Part shown: positions 20,705 to 30,627 of the stretch, one piece after another
How positions within the stretch are numbered: position 1 is the first letter of the stretch
Layout of the letters: each line of letters starts with the position of its first letter
Assembly (NCBI GenBank): GCA_965208615.1
Contig: CBDBPB010000004.1
Coordinates: 448,001-512,000, forward strand
Length of the DNA stretch: 64,000 bases
Direction: 5' to 3'
Source: Spirochaetota bacterium
GTDB taxonomy: Bacteria; Spirochaetota; UBA6919; CBDBPB01
Made by a program: the position numbers and the translations under genes
The notes under the pieces: generated by a model
What the model saw: only the letters and a program-made list of their open reading frames with translations
Told to the model about the DNA's origin: nothing
The model's database searches: none

Positions 20705-21364
20705 CTAATAACCTGTACCATTCCCACCTATACGAGTTATATTAATGTTAGAGTTTTTTTTATTTCTCTCTATACTTTTCTCATCCTCTGCTTCTTTTAG
20801 AATATCATTTAACTCTTCATCATCCATATTTTCCATATTATCTATTTCTTCAAAAAGAATATCATAAAACTCTTTTTTGACTATAATTGTTTGCCAATCC
20901 TTAATTTTATCAGTTATACCTAAATTATCCTGCCACTGATTAAAATCATCAAACTCGCCGTCATACAACCCCCATAAAAACCTTACCCTCAATGGATTAA
21001 CCCTATCCCTTTTCATTAGATTAACTTTTGCCTGCGGATCAAAATCTTCATACCTATCAATATATCCCTCAATCTCATCGATTAAACTGTCAATATAGTC
21101 CCTACCCTTATCGCTAATCTTATAACAAATATTAACAGTATCAATTTTAACTAAATCGTTAAATAAGAGATCATCCATAACAGGCTCAAGGTGTTCATCA
21201 ATACCGCTAAGAGGTACTTCGAAAACATGTCCACCGCTGTCATCGGATATATCCATCTTTTTAAGTATATATATCCCAGCATAGTTAACGATTTCAAGGT
21301 TTATTTTTTTATTTGTTTCTTTGTCTAGTTCTTTGTTATAATAATAATGAAACTCGTCAGCCAT
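20705..21364 (-). CDS. Acidic hypothetical protein
   Basis: 219-aa Asp/Glu-rich ORF containing NPLRVRFLWGLYDGEFDD. Confidence 0.75.
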   Translation of the reverse strand: MADEFHYYYNKELDKETNKKINLEIVNYAGIYILKKMDISDDSGGHVFEVPLSGIDEHLEPVMDDLLFNDLVKIDTVNICYKISDKGRDYIDSLIDEIEGYIDRYEDFDPQAKVNLMKRDRVNPLRVRFLWGLYDGEFDDFNQWQDNLGITDKIKDWQTIIVKKEFYDILFEEIDNMENMDDEELNDILKEAEDEKSIERNKKNSNINITRIGGNGTGY

Positions 21365-21533
21365 TACTATACCCCTTAATAGTTAAGGTCAATACCTTAG
21401 TCATACTGTATATATAAAAATACAGTCAAGCTCTAAAGTAGTAAATAAATTTCATACCACTCCCTTATATAGTTTAATCTAAAAAGATGTAGCTAATTTG
21501 TCAATAGAGAATGCCAAAAAAAACTACTATATA

Positions 21534-22427
21534 TTATGGCCTTGTTTTCCAGCGATCATGGAACCATAGCCATTGATCAGGCTTATCCTTAATAATATCC
21601 TCAAAATAGCTAGAAAACCTCTTTGTATTTATATATATAAACTCTTTTATAGATTTAGAATTAATAAGTTTAATTTCCTTAAAAGTTAGGGTGTGAACAT
21701 TATGAGAATCCCTATAAATATAAGCCAGCATAACTGATGCATTAGTACGCCTTGCCATACTAGCGGCTCCCCTTGCTGTAGATGCAAGCTTAGCAAAAAA
21801 TGGAACGAATATACCCCCTTTTACCTGATTTTGATCAACCAATAATGCTATTACCTCATTATTCCTTAATGCCCTACAGCTCTGGTAGTAACCATTTTTA
21901 CGATCCATAATCTTAGCACCAAAAGCCATTCTTCTTTTATTAATAAAAGTGTTTAATAAGCTATTATCCAAAGGACGAATAATAATATTTAGTAAATAAC
22001 CCAAATAAGGTATAACTAGTGCCAATAACTCCCAATTACTATAGTGAGCAGATATACAAATAATCCCTTTTCCTTTTTTGTGTAGAGCTTTAATAGTATT
22101 AAGGCTGTTATCGGAAAGTCTAATATTATCCATAAGGTTTTCACTATTAAACTTTGAAAACCCCAATACCTCAAAAATAGACTTACCCACATTAACAAAA
22201 CATTTTCGTCTAATAAGTCTAATTTCGCTATCACTTTTTGTATTAGCAAAAGCAAAACAAAGGTTTTTATAAGATTCTTTTTTAAGCTGGAACGAAAAAA
22301 TAAAGATAACGTATCCCACAATAGATGCAATTATCATACTAAGTTTATGGGGTATATATTTTACTATTTTCTCAAAAACAATTATTGGCAAATATTCTAA
22401 ATACTCTATCCATAGCGGTTTAGCCAT
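21534..22427 (-). CDS. LpxL/HtrB-family (lipid A / lysophospholipid) acyltransferase
   Basis: SAHYSNWE, LLVDQ, VPFFAK, PDQWLWFHDRWK. Confidence 0.88.
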   Translation of the reverse strand: MAKPLWIEYLEYLPIIVFEKIVKYIPHKLSMIIASIVGYVIFIFSFQLKKESYKNLCFAFANTKSDSEIRLIRRKCFVNVGKSIFEVLGFSKFNSENLMDNIRLSDNSLNTIKALHKKGKGIICISAHYSNWELLALVIPYLGYLLNIIIRPLDNSLLNTFINKRRMAFGAKIMDRKNGYYQSCRALRNNEVIALLVDQNQVKGGIFVPFFAKLASTARGAASMARRTNASVMLAYIYRDSHNVHTLTFKEIKLINSKSIKEFIYINTKRFSSYFEDIIKDKPDQWLWFHDRWKTRP

Positions 22428-22429
22428 TA

Positions 22430-22585
22430 TTAGACAGTAACGTCTAGTATTTTACCACTTTCTTCATTTTCAACTTTTTCATCCTGCTGATTATTAGCAT
22501 CAGATGCCTCTGTATTACTTTCCACTGAGGAATAACCAATGGCCGATGAATAGCTATATGCCTGTGGTAACTCACTTATAGACAT
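22430..22585 (-). CDS. Unannotated 51-aa acidic small protein (MSISELPQ...ESGKILDVTV)
   Basis: GGAGGT ribosome-binding site, TAATG coupling to the upstream ATPase stop, and it fills the gap between two co-oriented genes. Confidence 0.75.
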   Translation of the reverse strand: MSISELPQAYSYSSAIGYSSVESNTEASDANNQQDEKVENEESGKILDVTV

Positions 22586-23286
22586 TATATACCTCCATAT
22601 TTATTTATCTCTTGTATCTTACCATAAGCTAGTCTTACTTTACGGTCTGCCTTATTTGATATATCGGCATTATGGGTAACTAACACAATAGTAATTTTAT
22701 GATATTCTCTAATATCCCATAAGAGGCTTTGTATTTCTTGAGTAGTTTTTTCATCTAGATTACCAGTAGGTTCATCAGCAAGCATTATCATCGGATCATT
22801 AATTAATGCTCTAGCAACAGCAACTCTTTGCTGTTCACCGCCTGATAGCTCATTAGGCTTATGATTAGCTCTATTTTCAAGTTTAACTTCTTTTAATAAA
22901 GCCATAGCTTTTTCTTTTGCACTTTTTAGTTTAAACTTATTAGCCAAATAAGGGAGCATAACATTTTCTAGTGCAGTAAAATCGGGCAAAAGATAGTGAA
23001 ACTGAAATACAAAACCAATATTACTATTCCTAAAAGATGAAAGTTCATCTTCCGACATATCACTAATACTTTTATTAGCAATCATAATTCTACCCCTATG
23101 AATAGAGTCCAAGCCACCTATTAGGTTAAGCAAGGTACTTTTTCCACAACCGCTTTCACCAACTATAGCTATTATTTCACTTTTGTGAATATCCAAATTA
23201 ATACCTTTTAAGACTTCTAGTGGTAGGGCAGTTAAATAGTAATTTTTAAAAAGATTTCTTATTTTTATAATCTCCATATCACTCAT
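22585..23286 (-). CDS. lolD: LolD-like ABC transporter ATP-binding protein
   Basis: [43 protein letters not shown]. Confidence 0.85.
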   Translation of the reverse strand: MSDMEIIKIRNLFKNYYLTALPLEVLKGINLDIHKSEIIAIVGESGCGKSTLLNLIGGLDSIHRGRIMIANKSISDMSEDELSSFRNSNIGFVFQFHYLLPDFTALENVMLPYLANKFKLKSAKEKAMALLKEVKLENRANHKPNELSGGEQQRVAVARALINDPMIMLADEPTGNLDEKTTQEIQSLLWDIREYHKITIVLVTHNADISNKADRKVRLAYGKIQEINKYGGI

Positions 23287-24622
23287 ACCTTATAACAGAG
23301 GCTATATTCTCCAAAGCACTCTTCCTTGCTGGAAAGTAAGACGCCAACATGGATACAAAAATAGAAAATATACAAACCAGTTGCAAATCTCCAAAGTGTA
23401 TATGATAAGGCAGAGCTTTTATGTGTACCAATCCACCAGAGAGAACTTCCCATTTTACATATTGTTTATTAGTTCCATATTCAACATTATGGGCGAATTT
23501 TAGTATTTCATTAACAATATACTCTGTATACTGAATGAGTTCTGCCAGTGAGCCAAGGATCAATAAGCTAAAAATACTACCTAATAGTGTTCCTATAAGT
23601 CCGATTATTAGTCCTTCGATTAGGAATATCATTCTAATTGCCTTATTTTTAACGCCAAACGATTTTAAAATACCTATTTCTTTTCTTTTATCTATAACTA
23701 CTATATTGAGATTAAGATAGATAACTAAAAAGGATGCTATTATCATAATAGCCAATACTATTTTTATAAGGTCTTTTTCCCAGTTAAAGGCATGAAGAAG
23801 GTGTCTATTTAGCTCCTTCCACGTATATATAGTTAATTCTGGGAATTCTATATTTAAGATATTTTTTATTATATCGGCATCCTCTGGATTATAAAGTTTT
23901 ATTCCTAGTCCGGTTATTGCGTTATATACTTTTCCATCAATGCGGATCTTAGTATTAAAAACAATTTTGGATGTATTAATATTGGTAAAAGCCAAATAGT
24001 TATCATATTCTGCATAACCTGATTTAAATATTCCACTAACTCTAAATTTATATATTGGTATAAACTCTTCATCCATAAACCTTTCCCTTGATATTAATAC
24101 CTCGATATCGAGTTCTTTTCCCTGTTTAATTTTATTAATATTAATATTAAGTTTTTTTGCAAGACTATATCCGATTATTATTCTAAACTTTTTCAAGCTA
24201 TAATTGCCTGCCACTAAAGAAAAGTTATCCCTAAAGTCTTTATCCTTCATATAAAGGTTAGTATTATTTCCTCTTAGAAAAACTCCATAATACTTACTAT
24301 TTTCGTGTTTCAGAAGAACTTGGGATTTATAAAATGGGATAACCATTTTAATTTTATCTTTTATTTTATTATCAGTTAGTATATGATTTTTCACAAAGTT
24401 GTAGTTTATAAATTTAGTTTTAAGTAGCTGTATATGATAATCTTTATTAATATGTTTTTTTTTAATACTCTTATGGAATCCGTTAATTACAGACATAGTA
24501 ATAATAGGGATGGCTACTGACAAGCAAACTATTACTATACCAATAACAGAGATTCTGGATATAAAGTTATTAGTTTTTTTAGATTTAAAATATTTATAGC
24601 TAATGAGCAATTCGTATTTCAT
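23279..24622 (-). CDS. LolC/E-like (FtsX/MacB-type) ABC permease
   Basis: SVINGF, KRKEIGILKSFG, ASYFPARK; probable start MKYELL. Confidence 0.85.
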   Translation of the reverse strand: MKYELLISYKYFKSKKTNNFISRISVIGIVIVCLSVAIPIITMSVINGFHKSIKKKHINKDYHIQLLKTKFINYNFVKNHILTDNKIKDKIKMVIPFYKSQVLLKHENSKYYGVFLRGNNTNLYMKDKDFRDNFSLVAGNYSLKKFRIIIGYSLAKKLNININKIKQGKELDIEVLISRERFMDEEFIPIYKFRVSGIFKSGYAEYDNYLAFTNINTSKIVFNTKIRIDGKVYNAITGLGIKLYNPEDADIIKNILNIEFPELTIYTWKELNRHLLHAFNWEKDLIKIVLAIMIIASFLVIYLNLNIVVIDKRKEIGILKSFGVKNKAIRMIFLIEGLIIGLIGTLLGSIFSLLILGSLAELIQYTEYIVNEILKFAHNVEYGTNKQYVKWEVLSGGLVHIKALPYHIHFGDLQLVCIFSIFVSMLASYFPARKSALENIASVIRYE

Positions 24623-24782
24623 AATTTTATTATTAAGCAGGCAGTTTTTGTTAATACCGCACACATGAATATGAAATATACATGAAAGTTAGTTAAAAGT
24701 CCATATTATTGATGATGCTGCTGTATTATTGTAGAGGTATTATAAGTCATGCGGTTATTTTTTTTTATAGTTGCCTTCAATT

Positions 24783-25150
24783 TGTTATATAGAGGATTAG
24801 TGTCCCCACAGGGTTTTACATAAAACGTCAATATATAATATCAAAACAATCCCTCCTATTCCTTTATGGAACAACAAATCCTTTAACACTTAATAAAGGT
24901 GTATAATTCCTAGTCTCAGTAAGGGATTCTTAATAGCTCTTTAAGTGATGATTACTTGCATAAAAAGTGATATTTTGTGTTCATTACTGAGGCATTTAAA
25001 CAGCACTTAAAGAGCATAGGAGGATAAACCGTTTGATACAAGAAAATAACTTTTTCATCAATATTTTATCTTTTCTGTTCCACAAAGAAATCTAAAATAT
25101 ACCTCCCTTTACGTTATATGTCCTTTTTCTATGTAAAACTCCTTATAACA
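24783..25150. other. Intergenic element with six complementary segment pairs (candidate structured ncRNA or non-autonomous mobile element)
   Basis: Complementary pairs of 7, 10, 8, 16 (imperfect), 10 (imperfect) and 12 nt; 3' part repeated at 6.2-6.4 kb. Confidence 0.5.
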
Positions 25151-25257
25151 TAATAGGCCTTACTCAATAACTAAATTATCATAAAACGTCATCTCACTAC
25201 ACTTGCCTATACAAAAAAAAAATATCTATACATTAAAGTAGCCTTTAAAAAAAATAC

Positions 25258-25286
25258 TTGACTTTTTTTAATGTTCTAGTTATACT
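25258..25286 (+). promoter_or_regulatory. Sigma-70-type promoter
   Basis: TTGACT-N17-TATACT. Confidence 0.6.
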
Positions 25287-25347
25287 TAAATACGATTATT
25301 CAACCACTTTGGTTATCTCCTTAATAAAAACATCCAGGGGTTTACAA

Positions 25348-25518
25348 ATGGCGAGTTATATTAGTGCCAAAAAAAAAGAAAATGTTGTCGGTAAATGCTG
25401 TTCATGCGACAGTAATAAAAATATAGTAAGCTGGATCCGTGATGAATATGGAAAGTTGCAAAACTTTTGTAAGGACTGCTTCGAAGAAGCTACCGGTAAA
25501 AGAGTGTCCAAAAGATAA
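25348..25518 (+). CDS. 56-aa putative zinc-binding small protein
   Basis: CCSC...FCKDC; AGGGG upstream of ATG 25348; promoter just upstream. Confidence 0.7.
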   Translation: MASYISAKKKENVVGKCCSCDSNKNIVSWIRDEYGKLQNFCKDCFEEATGKRVSKR

Positions 25519-25646
25519 TTTAATAAAATTATATCTTATTACAAAACCTACATAAACCTGATAATACTCGTTCTAATAGTATAGAACAAATACACTTACA
25601 AATAGTTATAGGAATCCTTTAGTATATATTTATATAGACAATAGTA

Positions 25647-27596
25647 CTATTTGTCAGTAAGAAGACTTTCAACTCCAGCCTTGTCTAGGGACTCTTTTTC
25701 TATAAGATGCTTTGCTATTAACTCTAACTTATCCACCTTATCCATGATAAGCTTCTTAGCATCACCATAACAACTATCAATAATAGCCTTAATCTCACTG
25801 TCTATAACCTCAGCAGTCTGCTCACTATAATCCTTATGACGTGCAATCTCTTTACCAATAAATATAGGCTCATCCTTCTGACCATAAGAAAGTGGACCTA
25901 ATAGCTCACTCATACCCCATTCGCATACCATTTGTCTTGCAATTTGTGTTCCTCTCTCAATATCATTAGATGCACCATTAGTAATAGCCTCTTTGCCAAA
26001 CTTGTACTCCTCACTAATTCGGCCGCCAAATAATATCATAATCTCTTCTATACAGAATTGCCTAGAATAAGTATGACGGTCATCCTCAGGCAAAGTTTGT
26101 GTTATACCAAGAGCATTCCCTCTTGGGATAATAGATACCTTATGTAGAGAGTTAGCATTAGGTAATAAATATGCCAGTAAAGCGTGTCCAGCCTCATGAT
26201 ATGCAGTAGTTATTTTCTCTTTCTCAGTTAATACAAGACTCCTACGCTCAGGACCCATAAGAACCTTATCCTTAGCCTCTTCAAGGTCTTCCATCTGAAC
26301 CCTCTTTTTACTCTTTCTTGCGGCAATAAGTGCAGCCTCATTAACAAGATTAGCAAGATCAGCTCCTGAAAAACCAGGAGTACCCCTAGCAATAATATGT
26401 GCATCCACAGACTTTGTTAATAGTATCTTCTGAAGATGTACACCTAAAATAGCCTCTCTACCCTTTATATCAGGACGTGATACAACTATTCTCCTATCAA
26501 ATCTACCAGGCCTCAAAAGTGCCGGATCTAAAACATCAGGCCGATTAGTAGCCGCCATAACAATTACAGTTTCATCACTATCAAAACCATCCATCTCAAC
26601 AAGCATCTGATTCAAAGTCTGTTCTCTTTCGTCGTGTCCACCACCATATCCAGCTCCACGCGTTCGTCCTACTGCATCCAACTCATCAATAAACAAAATA
26701 CAAGGCGCATTCTTCTTCCCCTGCTCAAAAAGATCCCGTACTCTACTAGCCCCTACTCCAACAAACATCTCAACAAACTCAGAACCACTCATATTAAAAA
26801 ATGGACGATTAGCTTCACCAGCAACAGATCTAGCCAATAAAGTCTTACCAGTCCCAGGTGGACCCATTAAAAGAACTCCCCTGGGTATTTTTGCTCCAAG
26901 CTTTTTAAATTTCTCAGGCTCTTTAAGAAATTCAACAGTTTCCTGAAGCTCAGTCTTAGCCTCTTCTACCCCAGCAACATCCTTAAAAGTAATAGACTTT
27001 TGAGAATTCTTAACTAATTTAGCTCTTGTCTTACCAAAAGAAAGTGCCTTATTACCAGTCCCCTGAATCTGGCGGAACATAAAAAACCATAATATTCCAA
27101 AAATTATAAGTCCAGGTATAACCGTTGTTAAAATGGTTGCAAAAATACTACTACTCTTTGGCTCAGCATTAAAAATAATCTTTTCGTTTTCTGGCTTATC
27201 CTTATTAACCTTTTCTAATTTATTAACAAGGTTATTATGGTCTATAGGACTATAGGTAACAAACCTTAAAGTAGGTCGTCCTTTAACTTTTTTAGCTGGT
27301 CCCCTATGATATCTTTTGTAATCCCTATAGAGACTACTTTCTAAAACAACTTCACCTTTAATTTCCTGATCGATTATTGTAATACTTTTCCATTCTACAT
27401 TTTCCTCTTCTACCAGAATAAGAAATTCTGAATAAGGAAGTTTTATATCATTTATACTGGATTCGCTAAAAATATATATAAAAAAAAGCAAACCCAAGAC
27501 TATTAAAGCTATAAAAGTAAAATTTTTATTAGGTTTTGGTCCATCTCCTTTCGGCGAAAAAGGATTCTTATTTTTTTCTTCATTGTTATCAGGCAT
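25647..27596 (-). CDS. ftsH: ATP-dependent zinc metalloprotease FtsH
   Basis: Two TM segments, [35 protein letters not shown]. Confidence 0.97.
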   Translation of the reverse strand: MPDNNEEKNKNPFSPKGDGPKPNKNFTFIALIVLGLLFFIYIFSESSINDIKLPYSEFLILVEEENVEWKSITIIDQEIKGEVVLESSLYRDYKRYHRGPAKKVKGRPTLRFVTYSPIDHNNLVNKLEKVNKDKPENEKIIFNAEPKSSSIFATILTTVIPGLIIFGILWFFMFRQIQGTGNKALSFGKTRAKLVKNSQKSITFKDVAGVEEAKTELQETVEFLKEPEKFKKLGAKIPRGVLLMGPPGTGKTLLARSVAGEANRPFFNMSGSEFVEMFVGVGASRVRDLFEQGKKNAPCILFIDELDAVGRTRGAGYGGGHDEREQTLNQMLVEMDGFDSDETVIVMAATNRPDVLDPALLRPGRFDRRIVVSRPDIKGREAILGVHLQKILLTKSVDAHIIARGTPGFSGADLANLVNEAALIAARKSKKRVQMEDLEEAKDKVLMGPERRSLVLTEKEKITTAYHEAGHALLAYLLPNANSLHKVSIIPRGNALGITQTLPEDDRHTYSRQFCIEEIMILFGGRISEEYKFGKEAITNGASNDIERGTQIARQMVCEWGMSELLGPLSYGQKDEPIFIGKEIARHKDYSEQTAEVIDSEIKAIIDSCYGDAKKLIMDKVDKLELIAKHLIEKESLDKAGVESLLTDK

Positions 27597-27757
27597 ATAT
27601 AATAATTACCTCGGATATATAAAGTTAATAATATTACTATCTTCTTTTATGAAAATTAAAATAACATAAATTTATTAAAATGTCAACTGACTTTATAAGC
27701 CTTTTTATACGCTGATACGTTTAAAACATTTAATAAAAAGTTTTATATAGCTGTTAG

Positions 27758-29176
27758 TTAAAGCTTTTTAAAATCCAAACGAATAACTATATTAGTTTTT
27801 ATGCTAACATAATAGTCCTCACAAAGAAGGCTTAACCTAAATGGAGACAGGGATAAAAGTCCAAATGGAACTATACCATCACATAAAACTAAGACTTCTT
27901 TTCTTTTATTACGAGGAATCTTTGAATTAATTAGTATTTCTTTAACTTTTTTTAATCCCGTTTTTTGATTAAGGTAAACCCTATCACCACACAATACAGA
28001 ACGAATACTAAGATTATTATTTAATCTACCTTTATCCACAAAAATAGACAGCCTATGTTCTTTATAATTACAGCTTAATTTAGGGTAATCAAAAGCACTA
28101 AACTCGGATACCTCTAACAAAACCCCTAAAGGATTTTTTAACTCAATAGCAGTATTTATTTTTAGATTTTTTAGAATCCCTCCTCCTAAGCTGTTAATCA
28201 GGTAAATAGTAAGGTGGGAATACTCAATATAAATCTCTATATCTTTTTTATGGAAAACAAGATTACTACCAATGCCATTATGCTTTTGGATCTGTGTAAC
28301 TAACTTATCGAGATTTTTTGATGAAAAATAATTATAATGTTTACCGATTTGTCGAGCGATAGTAATTATTATTCTTTTTTTTACTGAGGAGTCTAAGTTA
28401 TTAAATTTACTAATATCTATTCGTTTTTCTTTATCAGAAGAGTAAACCAAAGTCCTATTAATTTCTTTATCAACTATACTATTAATAAATTGGTTGTCCC
28501 TTTGTATATTACTAATTATCTTAGACAGTCTAGCTCTATAATCAGGGAAAACTAAACCTATGGATGGGTAAACCATAAGTCTTACTCGGTTACGTAAATA
28601 ATCTGTTTTAAGGTTTGAGCTGTCAACTAAATAGCTAATTTTATTATCATTAAGATAGCCTATAATATAAGACTTAGGAACATCCAAAAGAGGCCTTATT
28701 ATATTTATGGGATAATTTGATGAATATCCCATTGAACTAAGTCCAGCTAAAGAAGACCCCCTCATTAACCTCATAAAGAAGGTTTCCAGCTGATCATCAA
28801 GATGATGTCCTAGTGATAATTTATCAAAGTTATGCTTTATAATGATTTCTTTAAAATATTGAAAACGTACTTTCCGAGCCGACTCCTGAAGGTTTTTTTT
28901 ACTAGTAATAGGACAATCTTTTTTATAAAGAGGTATATTAATATTATTACATAGTTTTTCTATCCACTTTTCTTCATTATCCGATTCAGATTGACGAAGA
29001 TGATAATTTACATAAGCCGCACCTAATATAAGAGAATAGCTATTAGATATTGCACTAAATAAGTTTAAAAGACAGACTGAGTCTGGTCCACCAGATATTC
29101 CAATTAATATTTTATTCCCGCACTCGACTAAATCATGATCTTTAATAGTACTTATAAACCGTTCCATAAGGTTCAT
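27758..29176 (-). CDS. tilS: tRNA(Ile)-lysidine synthetase
   Basis: SGGPDS PP-loop, GHHLDDQLET, IRPLL, DSSN...RNRVR. Confidence 0.93.
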   Translation of the reverse strand: MNLMERFISTIKDHDLVECGNKILIGISGGPDSVCLLNLFSAISNSYSLILGAAYVNYHLRQSESDNEEKWIEKLCNNINIPLYKKDCPITSKKNLQESARKVRFQYFKEIIIKHNFDKLSLGHHLDDQLETFFMRLMRGSSLAGLSSMGYSSNYPINIIRPLLDVPKSYIIGYLNDNKISYLVDSSNLKTDYLRNRVRLMVYPSIGLVFPDYRARLSKIISNIQRDNQFINSIVDKEINRTLVYSSDKEKRIDISKFNNLDSSVKKRIIITIARQIGKHYNYFSSKNLDKLVTQIQKHNGIGSNLVFHKKDIEIYIEYSHLTIYLINSLGGGILKNLKINTAIELKNPLGVLLEVSEFSAFDYPKLSCNYKEHRLSIFVDKGRLNNNLSIRSVLCGDRVYLNQKTGLKKVKEILINSKIPRNKRKEVLVLCDGIVPFGLLSLSPFRLSLLCEDYYVSIKTNIVIRLDFKKL

Positions 29177-29733
29177 GAGTTAAACTTGTTCATTCCGTAT
29201 TCAATGGATTCAGCAATTATACTTACTATAGCCTCAGCACCTCTATCAATAAAGCTGGATAAAGACTCTTTTTCTTTAAGACTAAAATGGGATAATACAT
29301 AATCTTTTACGTCACAAGCATTAACAGGTAATCCTACACCCAATCTAACCCGTGAGAACTCTTTAGTTTTAAGTTGTTCGATAATTGATTTAATCCCGTT
29401 ATGCCCGCCGTCAGAGCCTTTCTTTCTTATTCTAATAGAGCCAAAGTCTAGGTTTATATCATCGACTACAACTATTATATCATCAACAGGTATTTTATAA
29501 AATCTTACGAGATTATATATAGGTTCTCCACTTAGGTTCATGAAGGTTAATGGTTGTGCTAGTATTACGGTTTTTCCGTTAATAAAAGCTTTTGAATAAA
29601 TAGCATTAAATTTTTTTTTTGTCAAAGGTATTTGATATTTATATGCTAATCTAGATATAACCATAAAACCAAGATTATGACGATGATTTTTATACTTACT
29701 ACCTGGATTACCTAATCCTACAATTAGCTTCAT
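29173..29733 (-). CDS. pth: Peptidyl-tRNA hydrolase
   Basis: LIVGLGNPG, RHNLGF, FMNLSG, GGHNG. Confidence 0.96.
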   Translation of the reverse strand: MKLIVGLGNPGSKYKNHRHNLGFMVISRLAYKYQIPLTKKKFNAIYSKAFINGKTVILAQPLTFMNLSGEPIYNLVRFYKIPVDDIIVVVDDINLDFGSIRIRKKGSDGGHNGIKSIIEQLKTKEFSRVRLGVGLPVNACDVKDYVLSHFSLKEKESLSSFIDRGAEAIVSIIAESIEYGMNKFNS

Positions 29734-30329
29734 TATTCATTATTAGAGGTTTCTTCTTTGTCCTCATCTTCCGTTTTTGTAGTTCTAGAGGCCATAACAG
29801 ATACAAGAGTCTGCTTCTTACTGGTTAAAACTCTAATATTGCTATCAAGCGTAAGTGACTCTATCCTAACACTATCCCCCACATCAAGGTTAGTTATATC
29901 CACTACAATAGAGTCTGGAATATCATTTGGAAAACACTCTATACTAACGGCATGCAGGGTATGTTCTAATACCCCTCCTTTTTTAATTCCTTTAGCTAAT
30001 CCGCTAAGGATTATTGGAATTTTTACTTTAACCTGTTTATCATTATTGACTTCAAAAAAGTCTACATGAATAATATGTTTTAATATAGGGTCTATGGCAT
30101 AATCTTTTACTAAGACTTTTTTATTATTATTTTCTATGTTCAAATCTATAGTAATATGTTTTGCAGTTTTATCAAGTATCTTTTCAAAAGTTACGGCATC
30201 CACACTTAATAACAAGTTTTGATTTTTACTGTAGCAAACACCGGGTATTCTACCATTTTTTCTTAGTTTATTCAAAAATCCTTTAGTTCCTATTTCTCTT
30301 TTTTCTGCCTTAAGTTTAATGGTTTCCAC
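29733..30329 (-). CDS. rplY: 50S ribosomal protein L25/Ctc
   Basis: GRIPGVCY, HVDF, GIKKGG. Confidence 0.93.
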   Translation of the reverse strand: METIKLKAEKREIGTKGFLNKLRKNGRIPGVCYSKNQNLLLSVDAVTFEKILDKTAKHITIDLNIENNNKKVLVKDYAIDPILKHIIHVDFFEVNNDKQVKVKIPIILSGLAKGIKKGGVLEHTLHAVSIECFPNDIPDSIVVDITNLDVGDSVRIESLTLDSNIRVLTSKKQTLVSVMASRTTKTEDEDKEETSNNE

Positions 30330-30627
30330 TTATCATCCTCCTAATATTGGTTAATCTATAAAGTTAATAATATTTTTATTAATTAATAATATATTTTCAT
30401 ATAGACTATGACATATTTTTCTATATTTGACTAGTTAAGATTAAGATAACATAAAAAAAGTCAAGGTAAGGTTTTTTTTGTCTTAGCTCACAGATTTATA
30501 GTACAAGCCTTTATGAAAAGATTAAAAAAGAGATAAGCTATTATAGATAAAGAGTTTTAACTAAAAAGTCTATTAATACTTGATTCTGAGCACTATGAGC
30601 AACTATAAAAGACCTTAATAATATGGT

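Noticed and set aside
21403-21426. LexA SOS box-like sequence (also ATACTGTATATA at ~51668)
   Set aside because: CTGT and ACAG are 12 nt apart rather than 8, and the 51650-51679 repeat has the half-sites in reverse order; kept only as unexplained inverted repeats.
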